Both the position numbers and the translations under genes were made by a program. The notes under the pieces were generated by a model, which saw only the letters and a list, made by a program, of their open reading frames with translations, was not told the origin of the DNA and ran no database searches. Below, piece by piece: positions 49,601-61,999 of a DNA stretch of 64,000 nt (the stretch's first letter is position 1; every line of letters starts with the position of its first letter). Origin of the DNA: Podarcis gaigeae. Taxonomy: Eukaryota. Location: NCBI GenBank assembly GCA_964106915.2, contig OZ066914.1; one strand, given 5' to 3'.

Positions 49601-52600
49601 ATGATGCAGTGGATAATAGGGTTGTGTGTGTGGATTTTTTAATGAAACATGTTTGTAAATTTAAAGGGTTGCCCCCCCCTTAATATTTCTGTATAAAAGC
49701 AGCATCTAAAGTGCATGAAATCTTTAAGCTTCTCGTCCCTCTTAGTTGTTTTATTTGCACTAAGATAGGAGACAACTTTCTGTTCTGTCATCAGAAAGAA
49801 AGTGCTCCCCTAAATTATCAGATACCATGAATAATTTATCATTCATAAATGATGAGGAAACTATATATCCAAGCCCCGAGGGACAGAAGAGGGAGGACAA
49901 AACCTAGTCACACCCACATATACAGGATTAGCGGTGGAGGAAACAGAGATAATATTTAGCATTTACGTAGCTCACTTGAAGTGTTCACTACACTCGGCAC
50001 ACAATTATGAATGGGTGAAGGGGTTTAAGATTTCCAGGTGTCAATCACACACAAAAATGCATGCTTTGCTTATTTGATATATTGCATTTGGGGATCTTGT
50101 GAATCATCAGGAGACAGCTGTATCCTTCCTTCTGCCTGTGTTAAAGAACTGTATACCATTCTAGATAGTTGCCCTCTAGGCAACCCTTCATACAAAAACA
50201 CAAAACACATCTTTTAAAATAAATATTCTCTGTGTGGCCCATCACACATTTTCTCACAAATATACAGTGAATCTTTGGTTACTATGCTGCTTCATTTAGC
50301 ATTTTTAAAATAAAAAAATTACATCATTTAACAAAACAACAACAGAGTAACTATACCAACTCTGGATAGTGACATTGGATAATATCTGTATGCATATTAT
50401 TCATGTGGCTTGGCTCACTTTCATGAATCACTTGGTATTATCTGATATGAAGACAGCTCAGGGGTGTGTGACTTATTCACTCCTGCTTTCAGCTTGTGGC
50501 ACAGTGTTCTGAATTGATCTGAAAGGAGCTGGTGCATGGATAATCCTGCCTTGTGGGGAAGAAAAGGGAGGTTGGAGTCCATGCCAGTTCAGTGTTCTCC
50601 AACTCTATGGTTCTGCCTAACTGGGATGACAGCGCTTTCTGCCCCACAATATTATACACACTGTGGACAAATTCCCAGCTTAGAATGCAGCTAGCTTGTT
50701 CTATTTCTCAACTGAAGCTAGTTTGGAAGGAAAGGCATCAAAATGCGGTAAAAGTATCTCCCCGCTTATGCATGTTCGATTCTCGCGTGGCCATGTATAT
50801 GCTCAGTGCAGGGAAACAATAGATAGATTTAAACTTCAAAAAGGCAAGAAAAAGGCAAAAGCAGTCCTAAAAGAGCACAAGAACTACAAAAATGGTGTGA
50901 AAAGAGCAGAAAAAAATGGCTAGCAATCCCAGGAGCCTTTGCAACTGCAATCTCATGAGCCTTTGCACCAACCTTTGAGTTAAGTCTGAGAAAGGAGGTT
51001 TGGAGGGAGCGATTGTGGTGGAGTTTGGCATGTTTTGGGTGGCGCTTGGCGGGGAAGCTGTTTACAGGATTTAGATGTGCCTAATATTCTGTGTGCCCTG
51101 CTTCCCAAACCAGCTGTGGAAGTACACTGGATGCAGAATAAACAGAACTGTGAACACCACCTCAGTTTTCCAGAGAAAGAGAGAGTACGGTAGGTATTTC
51201 AGGCGATATGCAAAATGGCAAATTATATTAAAACTACTGGGAATTTTCCTTTGTAGGAAGTTATTTCTCTTTATATTCAAGAAATCATATACACACAGTT
51301 CCATATTTATTGGATACTGGAGTGCTCTTATCTGTACATTAGTTCTCATGATATATATCCTCTCAACTGCCTCTTGGCCGACTGTTTTTGCATCTATTCT
51401 ATCTCTTTCTCCCAGGTGAGAGTAGTTCTTCCATATGGTATTAGAGCAAGGAATTAATGTAATGGACGATTTCTGAATGGGGGGGGGAAATGTACATAAT
51501 GGTACTGCAACTATTTGTGGCTGAGGTGGTTCAATCAGAGATGTGCCTAATTCGAATGAAGCTAGGATGGTCAGTATATGAGGTGGGTGTTGTTTTTGTT
51601 TCTGCTAGACATGGTAATTGGCTTCAGTTTTTGAAGAAGGGTAGTCCATTTGCCTGCTTCACTGAAAAAAAAATTGTTCCCAAGGCTCCGCCCTATTTAG
51701 TACCTCACTGCTGCAGATCCCAAATGGTCCAACTTCATCTTTGATTTTATTATGGAACCATCTTTATCCACCTCTTAAATAACTGAGCAATACTTCAATC
51801 TTGAGGCACCCTGTCATCTAGCATTCCTTCATCTACTCTACAAGCTGGGCCTTTCTGTTATGGCTGAATTTTTCCTCTTCTCACTTCCCCCATATCATCC
51901 TTGACATTGGCTGCTGTTTTGACCTTGAAAGAAAACAGTATTTTGCCCAGCAACTTCATGCACTTTAATATGCTCAAATCCAAATATTATTATTTTTTTA
52001 ACCTTGGGACTTTTATTTCCTTAACTGCTTTCTCTGACATCGTAAAATTTTTGCCTGTCTTTATTCAATTCCTTATATACTGGATGATCTGATTTCCTGC
52101 CCATTCACTGACTTGACTATTAATAATGCCCTAGGTTTTCATCTTTCTCTGTCTTCAGAAGTCAAATTCCTCAGAAAGCCTGGTAAACACAATTCACAAT
52201 CAAAAGGTAAAACAGGTAATAAATCAGGATCTCATTTCAATCATGCTTTCAACCATTTCTTTTTTGCTCAAGTAAAAAAAAAATGCTCTACAATTCATGA
52301 CAGGATTCAGATTATTCCATGAAGATAAAACACTACAAATTAGAGGCTCAGAATTAAAACATTAAGCTGCTTATAAATGTGCTGAGTAAATTACATTTGG
52401 AAGAAAGTTCAGAAATAAAGGGCAGCTGTGTTGCATGTAATTCAAACACACACACAAAATTCCAGCAGAATCTTAAGAAGCCAATGACAAGAATAACCCA
52501 GGAAGTCTTCCACTTCACATGAATGAATGCTAACTTAATCTGAAATGATAAAATTGTCATGGATGAAAAGGGTATCAATGGCCAGTAGTTATGAAGGCTA

Positions 52601-55600
52601 TATTACCTCCAGTATGCCTCTCACTACCAGTTGCTGGACAGCATAAGTGCTATTGCAAAAATGTCCTGCTTGTGGGCTTCTTGTAGGCAACTGGGTGGCC
52701 ACTGTGGTAACAGGATGCTGGACCAAATGGACCTTTGGTCTGATCCAGCAGTGCTCTTCTTATGATTTTATGTGCTGAAAGGATGCTGCTCCATGTAAAC
52801 AATTGACTGTATGCAGCAGCTCACCTTACGGACTGGCCTCACACCAGATCTCCCCATGTTATTCATATTACTGAGGTTTTCTTACAACAAGCACTGGGTC
52901 AAATCATGCGGCATGGGGGAAATCCACACGGCAAGACAAGGCATATGAATACCTGGCCCCATGGAGCAACGGCCACAAGGACCCAATTTCAAGCAGCCTC
53001 AGCGCCACATGTTGCTGAAGTGAACCTAAGGCTTGCAACCCTGTCATTTCACTGCCAAATCCTGAGAATATGTTGCCTTTCAAATCTAGTGACACCCCTG
53101 CCGCTGAGCCAGAAACTCCCATCGTCAAAACAAGATCCTCCATGAGATTGCTAAAGCTCTGGAAGAAAATGACAGCTGGGTTTTGAGAAAATAATGGCTC
53201 TCAGTTTTACAATTTCAAAGGGAAACTGTTTGGTCTCATAAGCTTTTGACTCAAAGTCATGAGAAGCTTGGCAACTGGTTGAAATGACCATTGTGCTTTT
53301 CATAGCAATGAATTAATTTCAGAAAGCTCTGAATGTAAGCAAACTGAGCTTGATAAAGTCCATCTATTACTATGACCCTGCCTGGCAAAATGGATGTTGT
53401 GAACAAAAGAAAACACTGTGCGATGGATCTCAGTCCCATACTTGCAGAACCCATGGCTTACAAGAGCAGAGGCTGGCTCACCTGAGCAGGAGGAGGCGTT
53501 TTTCTGCACTTGGGACAATGGAATCTCTATGTAGATCAGACAAGAGTGCCTCAATTTTTTTAGACCAAAGGGCTGCATTTTCTCAGTCTCCAAGCTCCTG
53601 TGTGGTTTTAAATGTTTGAATACCCCTTTCATTGATTTTTGCTGCTCTGATGGGTTTCACCAGGCTGTATATTATGTATTTTCTGTTGCGTTTATAGTTT
53701 TCTTGTTCTCATTCTTGTTTGTTACTTTAATTTTCAAAATTTGTATTGCCTCATTTTTGCACATCGATAAACCAGATTTTCTGGTTTATTGTGAACTGCT
53801 TCTTTCCCCTCCTAGCACCAGAAAGATAAACTAGGAAGCCTTGGCTTCCTAGTATACCTGAATCAGGGTTCATGGTTTGTGGCTTCCTAGTTTATCTGAA
53901 TCAGGGTTCATGGTTTGTTGATCCGTAACAAACAAACAAACAAACAAACAAACAAACAAACAAACAAACAAACCATGATTACAAGCAAACTTTAAGCCAT
54001 TTAAGCCATAGTTGTTGGCCTATGACATGTGGACCTGTTAGGGAGCAACAAGTCATGATTCCTAGCTTGGATGTAATGGGAAGCCAAGACTTCCTGGTTT
54101 GTTCATCCTGCCTGGGGGGAATGAGGTGGGAGTGATTGAGCATGCTGCTCATTTACAATAAACCACAATCTGCCAGAAAATCTGACTTATCATGATATGT
54201 GAATGTAGATGTGATAGAGCAGAACATAAATCTTTATATATAAACCAATAAGGGTTCCATTCAGTCACCCCGTATGACCCTAGAATAGTGAATCCTAAGC
54301 TTATGGTTCCAACAAGGGAATTCAGTCTCTGCCTTGAACTCATCATGGAAACTATCCCTCATAGGATTTATGTTGTAGGTTGCCCCAAATACACACTGCA
54401 GGAAATCTACCAATATATTAGGTCTCCATAATCATTGATAGCTTAGAAAAGGCAGCATTTTTTGAATTATTTGCCCAAGTCACCTGAAAGTCAGTTTTCA
54501 AGAGGTCACAGACTTTAATATTATGTTTTGTGTCACCTCCATTCACATGATTGACATTTCCTCCAACCTTCTGCCCAGAGTCAATAATTAACCCTCCCTG
54601 TGAAGATCTAGATGTGTGTCAATGAACAAGGAGGACCAGCCATTTCAGTGCCTCAAGGAACAGAGCAAACACTCCCCACGGGGCAGAGGGAGTCCCCACC
54701 TCTCCACAATCCCCAGACTACCCTTCTAGATTGTTAGGCAAACTCCTTCCTGACATCAGATATAGCAGTTAGTTAAAAACCCCAGCTTCATCAGTTCTCC
54801 CAAAGTGGCATATGGGAAAATGTCTGCACAAATTAACACAGCCCCAACACTGTCTCTTTCCCTACAGCTGCCTGATACCTCAAAGAAAGGAACTCCCCAC
54901 AGGTCAAAAGGGGGAAAGCTATTAATGGCGTAAGTGTCTGTGCAAATTATTACACCTCTGCAGCATACTGATTCAGCAAGGAAATTCTATAAATTACTTA
55001 ATGCAGCTAAATTTGAAAGTGCATTTATAAGTACCCGAAAACTGAAATTGCTCTCAAGAACTCTAACAGAGTTGGTTACCTCTTCTTAATGAGGTCCAGT
55101 GCAGAGCCTATAAATTCATCCTTCATTTTCTGCAGTTTAGCTCCATAGCTGGATATATCTGTCGCTTCTAATAGCAATGGGCAGCAAGAAGACTGGTTTT
55201 CAGGCACCACTGGCTGTCCAGCATGGTGGAGGACTTCGCTTAGTTGTCTTGCATTCAATCCCTGAGTCTCCCCTTCAGCAAAAGTTTTCCCTCCCTCCTC
55301 CCTAAGGGCTGCAGCAGACTGTAGAGGTGGTCTTGCAATTGGACTCGAACAAATGGGGACCGGGATTCTATCTGAAGTTGGCACTTCATAGCGCTTGTCC
55401 CTAGCCATAGGCATGTTCATCAGGCAGAAGCTCCTGTCCCATGTAGATGAATTATCTTGATAGCCAACAAGGCCAGAAGTGCTCTGGGTATTTTCATGAA
55501 ACACATCATCATAATAATCTATCGTAGCAACCGTTTCTTTGGCAAGAATTTGCTGGGCACCTGAACAAGGGTTCTGATTTATTTTTTCTTCCAACTTTTG

Positions 55601-56632
55601 GGTTCCTTCCTTCACATCGTTTGTCACGTCACCGCTGCCACCGAGAAAACACGTCTCCTTGATTCTCATCCGCTTGAACTCTTCAAAAGTTGGAATGTAG
55701 AGTCTCTCTTTGAAGTCCCCTTTTTTGCTCAGCTCCAAAATCCTTTTGGTGTCTCCTTCCCCCTCATATCCCTTTAAGGATCCAGTCGTTTGGGACTTGA
55801 CCATGTCCTGGCCATCACTGGCACAATGGAGAGTCAAGTTGGGCGAGCTGTTCTGTCTCCTGATCTGCAACCTTCTCCGAGCTTCTTGCTTGATGTCTTC
55901 TGGGTTTGTTAGTCGGCGAGAAAAGCAAGGGCGATGACTCTCCAGAGCTGTCCATGGCCCGTGAGTGAGGGTGGCATGCTGCACAAATATGGTGCAACAG
56001 TTCACCGAACAACCGTTCTTATATTGCTGGCATGCCCGGCATTCAGAGCATTCCCTTGGAACCAGGTCATTCAAGGAAACCTGAGGTCTGAGAGGCTTGC
56101 AGATCTCTGCAGCTTTACTACTGTGAATTCGAAGTTTTTCCTTTAGGGTTTTTTTGGCATCCCCGTCGATGGAGGAGAAAAGCCACGGAGGCACTTTGGC
56201 ACAAGGAGGAAGGGTGACGTCTCGCGCTGCAGGTGGAATTCTGTCCAACGTGAGAGGGAAGTGTCGGCAGCATTCAGGTGAGCTGGGGGATGGAGTACCT
56301 TCCGCAGAACACTTTGACCAATGAGCTGTGCCTTTGTAACGGACAACAAATTCTTTGTCTACATTTCCGTAGTGGGGATGGCAATGCGGCTCAGCCCCCG
56401 TGGCCCAGTGTAGATTCTCCACACTTCGATACAGATGTGCCCCTGCAGTGCTGTCTGCTTTGCTCACAGGATTAAAGTCCCCAGTAAAAATGCGAGCGTC
56501 CAAGTTCTTCAGTGGATGCATGCTGCTAACTGAGAAATCCTTTAAGCCATGTTGTGCATACAGCTGATTATTCTGGCAGCTCAAAATTACCCGACAGTGT
56601 TCCTGCCTCTCATCAACGCTGATGTATGTCAT
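39886..56632 (-). CDS. Uncharacterised Dbl-family RhoGEF (DH-PH), 1141 aa; complement(join(39886..40681,41940..42085,45295..45923,47121..47325,49313..49409,55080..56632))
   Basis: Six GT-AG exons with consistent phases (2,0,1,0,2) sum to 3426 nt; DH CR1 motif EFVNTETSYGEDL and CR3 motif FLMAPLQRVTKYPLLL; PH-like C-terminus ending HHWFRQI. Start taken as the first in-frame ATG (gctATGA) after an in-frame TGA. Confidence 0.9.
41940..42085 (-). CDS. RhoGEF coding exon 5 (DH middle)
   Basis: cggcag|GDDDLMTVCIGEIFLEFVNMLPAFQTYCLQQSSSVNMLNALEKEKELL(R)|gtgagg; not present in the ORF track. Confidence 0.93.
42600..42745 (+). mobile_element. CR1 LINE 3' fragment
   Basis: ttggccactgtgaggacaagatggtaggtgagatgggcctttggcctgatc...tcttatg. 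Confidence 0.55.
44560..44697. mobile_element. Palindromic hAT-type MITE (ggactacaactcccatc family)
   Basis: ccttccccagcctggtgcc...ggcaccaggctgggggagg inverted arms around ggactacaactcccatca/tgatgggagctgtagtc; degenerate relatives near 10430, 11345, 12185, 13040 and 25205. Confidence 0.75.
45295..45923 (-). CDS. RhoGEF coding exon 4 (DSGI motifs, Cys cluster, DH start)
   Basis: ccccgctcag|GC PVLTKAN...ERKESVLEFVNTETSYGEDLRIIKEEFYLPM...AFEQ|gtagtg. Confidence 0.94.
47121..47325 (-). CDS. RhoGEF coding exon 3
   Basis: ctttcag|SSSPNCRRSSSD...LRPHFSDPMPTDAVKRKQLELKIAAAARQHAQKRRQERDS|gtatgc; phases fit both neighbours. Confidence 0.88.
47394..47748 (-). mobile_element. Full-length Sauria SINE (second subfamily)
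   Basis: (ACCTTT)n tail and tRNA-like head; imperfect TSD agatatttaaata/agatacttaaata. Confidence 0.92.
48624..48657. repeat. Exact 17-bp tandem duplication
   Basis: cctgtagcttcctgttg x2. Confidence 0.9.
49313..49409 (-). CDS. RhoGEF coding exon 2
   Basis: ttttttcacag|C CSGEATPEPPSKGFCELKKDDLTFVEDSHQPT|gtgagt; bridges phase 2 to phase 0. Confidence 0.82.
52575..52770 (+). mobile_element. CR1 LINE 3' fragment
   Basis: ggccactgtggtaacaggatgctggaccaaatggacctttggtctgatccagcagtgctcttcttatg. Confidence 0.7.
53927..53973 (+). repeat. (AAAC)n microsatellite
   Basis: Read directly. Confidence 0.95.
55080..56632 (-). CDS. RhoGEF first coding exon (exon probably extends to an acceptor at 56824)
   Basis: 1.55-kb open frame MTYISVDERQEH...SSYGAKLQKMKDEFIGSALDLIKK; donor AAGAG|gtaacc; acceptor ttttcttctttgcatcatcag| at 56825/56824. 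Confidence 0.85.
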
Positions 56633-56961
56633 AGCAAATCGACGTGGACAATCTAACAGGCTGATGCTTTTTGAAGGAAGAGGGCAAGAGGAGGAAGGAG
56701 TTGTCGGACTGCTCAGATGCTGTTCAGGAGTCCTAGCCACAGACAGCAGGGCTGTGCTATCTGGGTGCTCACATCAACGAGCAGGCACATCTCCACTGTG
56801 AGAGCACGTGCGGATGGAGAACACCTGATGATGCAAAGAAGAAAAGGGAGCTTACAGAAGAGACACAGCATTCAAAGAGAAGACGGGCAGCCAACGATCA
56901 CAGAAGTAACCAAAAGTGAAGCTCACCCGCTACCTCTGACTTTACAGCTGTTCAGCATGCT

Positions 56962-57120
56962 CTGTGTGGTGTGGTGTAGTGGTTAGAGTGTTGGACTACG
57001 ACCTTGGAGACCACGGTTCAAATCCCCACTTGGTCATAAAGCTCACTGGGTGACCTGAGGCCAATCACTGTCTCTCAGCCTAGCCTACCTCACATGGTTA
57101 GTGAAAAGGTAGATTGAGGA
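56962..57120 (+). mobile_element. tRNA-derived (MIR/Squam3-like) SINE
   Basis: A box tggtgtagtgg, B box ggttcaaatcc, core gggtgacctgaggccaatcactgtctctcagcctagcctacctcac. Confidence 0.75.
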
Positions 57121-58672
57121 GTGGGGAAATTATTCTCTCAGCATCACCCCAGGAACCTCATGGAAGCATGCAGTGTATTTTCTACCTTAAAACTTCTCTC
57201 TGTGGAGACTGCACTGTGGCTAAACGTGTGAATGTGCATTTCTTACAAGCAAGCCCACTACATGAACCACTACCCCATAGGGGCTCTTTCTGATGTATAT
57301 GGATTTTGTACTAGAGTACTTACACCTGCATATGATTGCCCCCCCCCAAATAATATAATAATGTAAAGCCTTGCAGAGCATCCCTAGTTTGCATGAATAA
57401 GATGTCCATGTTTTCCCCAAGGTTATTTTCTCTTATCCGCTCACCACCTCACCTGGTCCTCTCCGAGCCTAGGAGGGCTTGTTTTGAGATGCCTGATTTT
57501 CTTCATGCTTTAATTATTTCTCCTCTGCTGTTCTCTCTGGGGAAGGCTGCAGGTAACGGCAAAGAAGCATTTCTTGTGTGATCAAAGGGTACAACTTGAT
57601 CTGCCAGGAAAGACAGAATAAAGACAGCACGAGAGGTGAACGTTTAGCAGAGAACAAAGATGGCTCACCACAGAGCAGCACTGGCATAGAGGGAGGTGGG
57701 AATCTGCCAGTGAAGAAGTTTCATAGTAGGATTCTATAGATTCAATGGAAATTACTCCCAGCAAATTGCAGCTACTGAAGCAGTCGCTGTGAGTTCTTCT
57801 CCCACAGTATGAACCTGGTGGTGTGCAAACTATAGACACACCAGCAAGCCAAGTGCTAGATATGTCAGTGAGTCAGTACGTATGGTCTCTCTGACTTAAA
57901 TTTATTTTTAAAAATAATAATAGATACACACTTGCACTTATGCACATGTGTGTTCATTTTTCCCACTACGTTAAAACAATGCTCCTGGGACTATGTGAAT
58001 TGGCATGTTGGTGTTGTCACAGTGATTTGCTAATAGATGCTTAACACAGCTGCAACACTATCAGCATTCAGTCTGAAACCAAACAGAAAATCTACACTCC
58101 CTGCCCCAGAGCTTATACCAGGTCTGAAAAACTTTATAAATGTCCAATTTATCCTGCTGTTCTTTGTCTTCAAATAATCTGGCATATCACTTTGTGTAAA
58201 TATAAAAGTAATTTTTAATAAGAAGTCATGCTGATGGCATTTGACTCTGCACCATCTCACAAAAATCTATCCAAATGTTAGCAAGACATGCTGAAAACAT
58301 AAAGCAGGCTATATGTGTGTACCTAGGTGGAAAGAAAATCAGAAGTTTATGAGGGGAAATTGTTAATATTATGCAAAATATGATTTTTTTAATATAATAT
58401 ACCAGTGAGTCTGTTGCAAGTTCTTCTAGGATATCTTAAAAATGTTATACACCCAGAACATTGTAATTGGAAAAGAAACCTGCTAAGTATAGCAAAAAAG
58501 GAAGAAGCTAACAACAACTCAGTGTACTGTGAGCGTACTCAGATAATGCCAACTGAACAAGAGTGGTTTAATAAACATGGCACATTACCTTACTGAGCTT
58601 ACTGCGATGTTATGATTAAAAGAAGGAAAACATCAGAAAATAACACTTTGAGAAAACTTGGTTGTTCTTTAT

Positions 58673-58797
58673 CAGTGCTATTTTTCTAGAAAAAGAGGTA
58701 CAGGAACTCACCATGAATGCCTCCCTCCTTCTCTTATAATGGCACTGGCACCCACCTGAAAGGTGCTGGAACTCAGTTCCATTGAAAAAAAGCCCTG
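58673..58797. mobile_element. Short non-autonomous DNA element
   Basis: Ends cagtgctattttt / aaaaaaagccctg; 8-bp flanks ttctttat/ctctttac; internal repeat aggt..ggaactca. Confidence 0.6.
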
Positions 58798-60208
58798 CTC
58801 TTTACCAATCAAATGGAACAGAAATATAGTTTGGAACTATTTTAAGCCTTTTAGTTGCTGATATAAATTTGAGATTCTTGGCTACTCCAGATGCCATGTT
58901 GATGGTGCATTCACGATTATTTGTGTGCTCGTTGTGATATCAAGCCATTATATATGATCCCACTTTTAACATTGTTTGCACCTGAAAAAGATTTGGGGCG
59001 GAAATACTGCTTTGTTCCCAGTCACAGCATGTCCCATAACTTTCCTGCTGAAATCCTACAACTTTTTATACAAAAAAATGTCCTGGTTTATTTTATTTTA
59101 TCTTTGTCCTGCTTTTATTTATTTCCGCTATTTTTACACCACTTAATCACCAAGCTTTCGAAGCCGTATACATACACGTTCCAAAAAGCATACAGTAGGT
59201 AAAATCAATCAAAATTAATCATGAAACCAGACTGTTGTGCTACAGTGCCCCTCTAGGCAGCAATAATGCAATAACATTGGGGAAGCATATAGAGCTGGAC
59301 AGGGGATTGATGTGTGGAAGGTTCAATATAAATCCACTACTAATGCACTATTGCTGTGTCAGTGACATACACCTGACAAAAAATGGCACCAGTCTGTCAG
59401 ATGAATTGCATTTGGAGAGTTTATAATGAGCTTGCAAGGGAAAGGCCTTTTTTCTCATCATTGTTGCATTTAGTAGTAAACGTGTAAGTTTTATGTTTGT
59501 GTGCGTATAAAATGAGAAACGAAGAAAAAAAGGACTTCATCCTAAACCAAGCAATGGACAATAGAATTCAGAAGGGGGCTGAGAGCTTAGACACCAGCTA
59601 GGAACCCCCATCTAACCAGACGGTCCAGAAAATAACCACCTATATGAGGGCTTCTTCACTTCCTAAGAAGTTGCCTGGATATGTTTAGATGTGGCAAGGC
59701 TTGCTGTGTGATTTGTGCTTTGAATATCAAGGACAGTTGACAATAAATTTGTAAAAGCTGCTGAATACCTGCTGTTGCTGTGGTAGAGTTCCAAGGCTAA
59801 TCACTAATAACTTACAGACTCTTGAGGAGCTTAAGAATACTACCTGGCTTCTTACAAACTGCCTTGCAGACGTCTCTTGCCCATGCACTTTGGAGCTCGT
59901 GTTCCTCACTGGACCACATTTGGAGCCAATCTCCATGCCTGAATGAGTCATCACACAAGAGAACTTTCAGAACACTGAAGATGAAAGGTCACCTAAATTT
60001 TTTTTCCGGTTGAATCAGTTCGCACATTTAGCTGTGATCCATCAAATGAGGGTAATTCAAGTGGTGTAGATATGTGCATGCAGACCTCTTATGTCACTTC
60101 ATCTCCCCAGATTTCAGATTTTAAGAACCCTTTCACAACAGATCATGTCCCAGCTTCTCACATGAGATGCAATTGTGCCTGGGCTAATTTGCAAGATGAC
60201 TGTATCAA

Positions 60209-60398
60209 GGCCTGAGATAACTGAGGTTCAAATCCCTACCCAGCCATGAAGCTCATTGGGTGACCTTGGACCAGACACAGCCTCTCAGCCTAACTTATCT
60301 CACAGGGTTGTTCTGAGAGTAAAATGGGGAAGATGAGAACCATGTATTTCACTCTGGGCTCCTTGGAACAAAGGTGGGGCATAAACGGAATAATAATA
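60209..60398 (+). mobile_element. tRNA-derived (MIR/Squam3-like) SINE, 5'-truncated
   Basis: B box ggttcaaatcc, same core as the copy at 56962, (AAT)n tail. Confidence 0.75.
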
Positions 60399-60565
60399 TT
60401 AAGAAACTGAGGGTTTGAATGAGTCCTATAGCTTAGCTGGAGCTGATAAGCCTCTGTGGACACCAGTCAAGAGTTTTTTGCTACACCAATCCACGTGACT
60501 CCTGGGAGAAACAAATCTCATTGCTTACATAACATTTGCTAATTCGCCTGACTCAAAAATTGTTT

Positions 60566-60568
<3 letters not shown>

Positions 60569-60608
<40 letters not shown>
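60569..60608 (+). repeat. (AC)20 microsatellite
   Basis: Read directly. Confidence 0.97.
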
Positions 60609-60610
<2 letters not shown>

Positions 60611-61999
60611 TTCTTTGACAAGCACTCGGCAAGCAACAGGACTCCTGCCCACAGACCATTATTTCTTCCCCATCTCCCCTTGAACCTAGTACAGGACAGA
60701 TTTGACACCACCAGTCCAAAATCACTGAAACAGGTTTAAATGACTTCTATTCCAGTGACACTGTACTGTACTTAGCTGGCTCATAAAGCTGCTGCCCATC
60801 TTCTATTCTATTCAAAATCCCTCCCCACCCGCACCACAGCAAAGAATCTGACATATTTAGAGGATTATGCCTCACTGGAATAAATTATTTCCTCCCGCCT
60901 CCTGCTTGCCTGCCTGGACCAGCTTTATTAGAATTAGTGGGAACATCAGGAGGATGAAAACAGACAAACAAGACAGGAAGAGAGAGGTAGGAGGGGAGAC
61001 GGGGGAAAAAAAGAGAGAAATATTTCAGCACAAATTGGAAAGGACTTATAAAAGGAGCAAGGCAGCCTACAAAATCACCACAGACCTGAGCTAAACTGGT
61101 ATTCAGGTGCCCAATGATAATAGGCACATCTCAAAGCAATGGCAAAAATTAAAAAACTGCAGCACAGGTTGTTCACTCTGCTCCTGTAGGGATTAGCTAA
61201 CATAGCATTTTTATTCTGGAGAGCAGGTTCCTTAGATTGTCAAGAGGAGATGGTTGACTCCATGCCTGGGAGAAAACTGCTTTGCTTGCATTTTTCCACT
61301 TCAGTTGACACCTCTGCCTGCTCCCTTCTTGCATTCCACGTGGTTAAATGCGGCACTGGCCCAAGGGACTGGGGGGGGGGGGGAGCAGTTCCACGGCACA
61401 TTACCCTGCACCTCCCTCTATCATCTACTTCCTGGAATAATAGCTCCCAATTAGTAGAGAACAAAGCACCTTGTGACATAATGCCAAACATGACTCTGGG
61501 GAGCAGAATGTAAGGAGCAGAGGCCAGAGCAGCTGGCTTTGCTGCAGCATTGGCTAGCAGCGGGCAGATAAAGTGTGCCTGGTCTCATACCTCTCTAATT
61601 CCCACAATTGATGCTTCTCAAATCTCAGCAGTAAATTGGCAGTGGGACAGCATCACTTAAGTGCATCCAGCAGGGAGCCCTCAATTTTATGGCCCTTCTC
61701 CTAGATATTTAACCTATATATCTAGCAGAGAGAGCACATATGTTTTAAAGTATCTGATATCAAGACACAGAAGTTATACAGAGTGAAGCGTATCTCCTAA
61801 TGCATCTCCCCCTCCTAGGCAGACAACAGCCGCCACCCCAAACTAATTTTGGTCATGCCATCGTATGATACACATGGAACTGGTTGACATCAATGATTCA
61901 ATGTACATTTGCAAATGCATGCTGTTGAACCCATTGAATAACACAACTCCATGTGAATCACAACACAAGGTGAGTGAAAACACTGCTTCATGGTGGGTG

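Noticed and set aside
51075-51419. 114-aa basic/hydrophobic ORF in RhoGEF intron 1
   Set aside because: AT-rich intronic composition, no homology recognised, no supporting promoter or splice structure.
56968-57030. A and B boxes suggesting a tRNA gene
   Set aside because: No cloverleaf, and it continues into a SINE core shared with 60209-60398.
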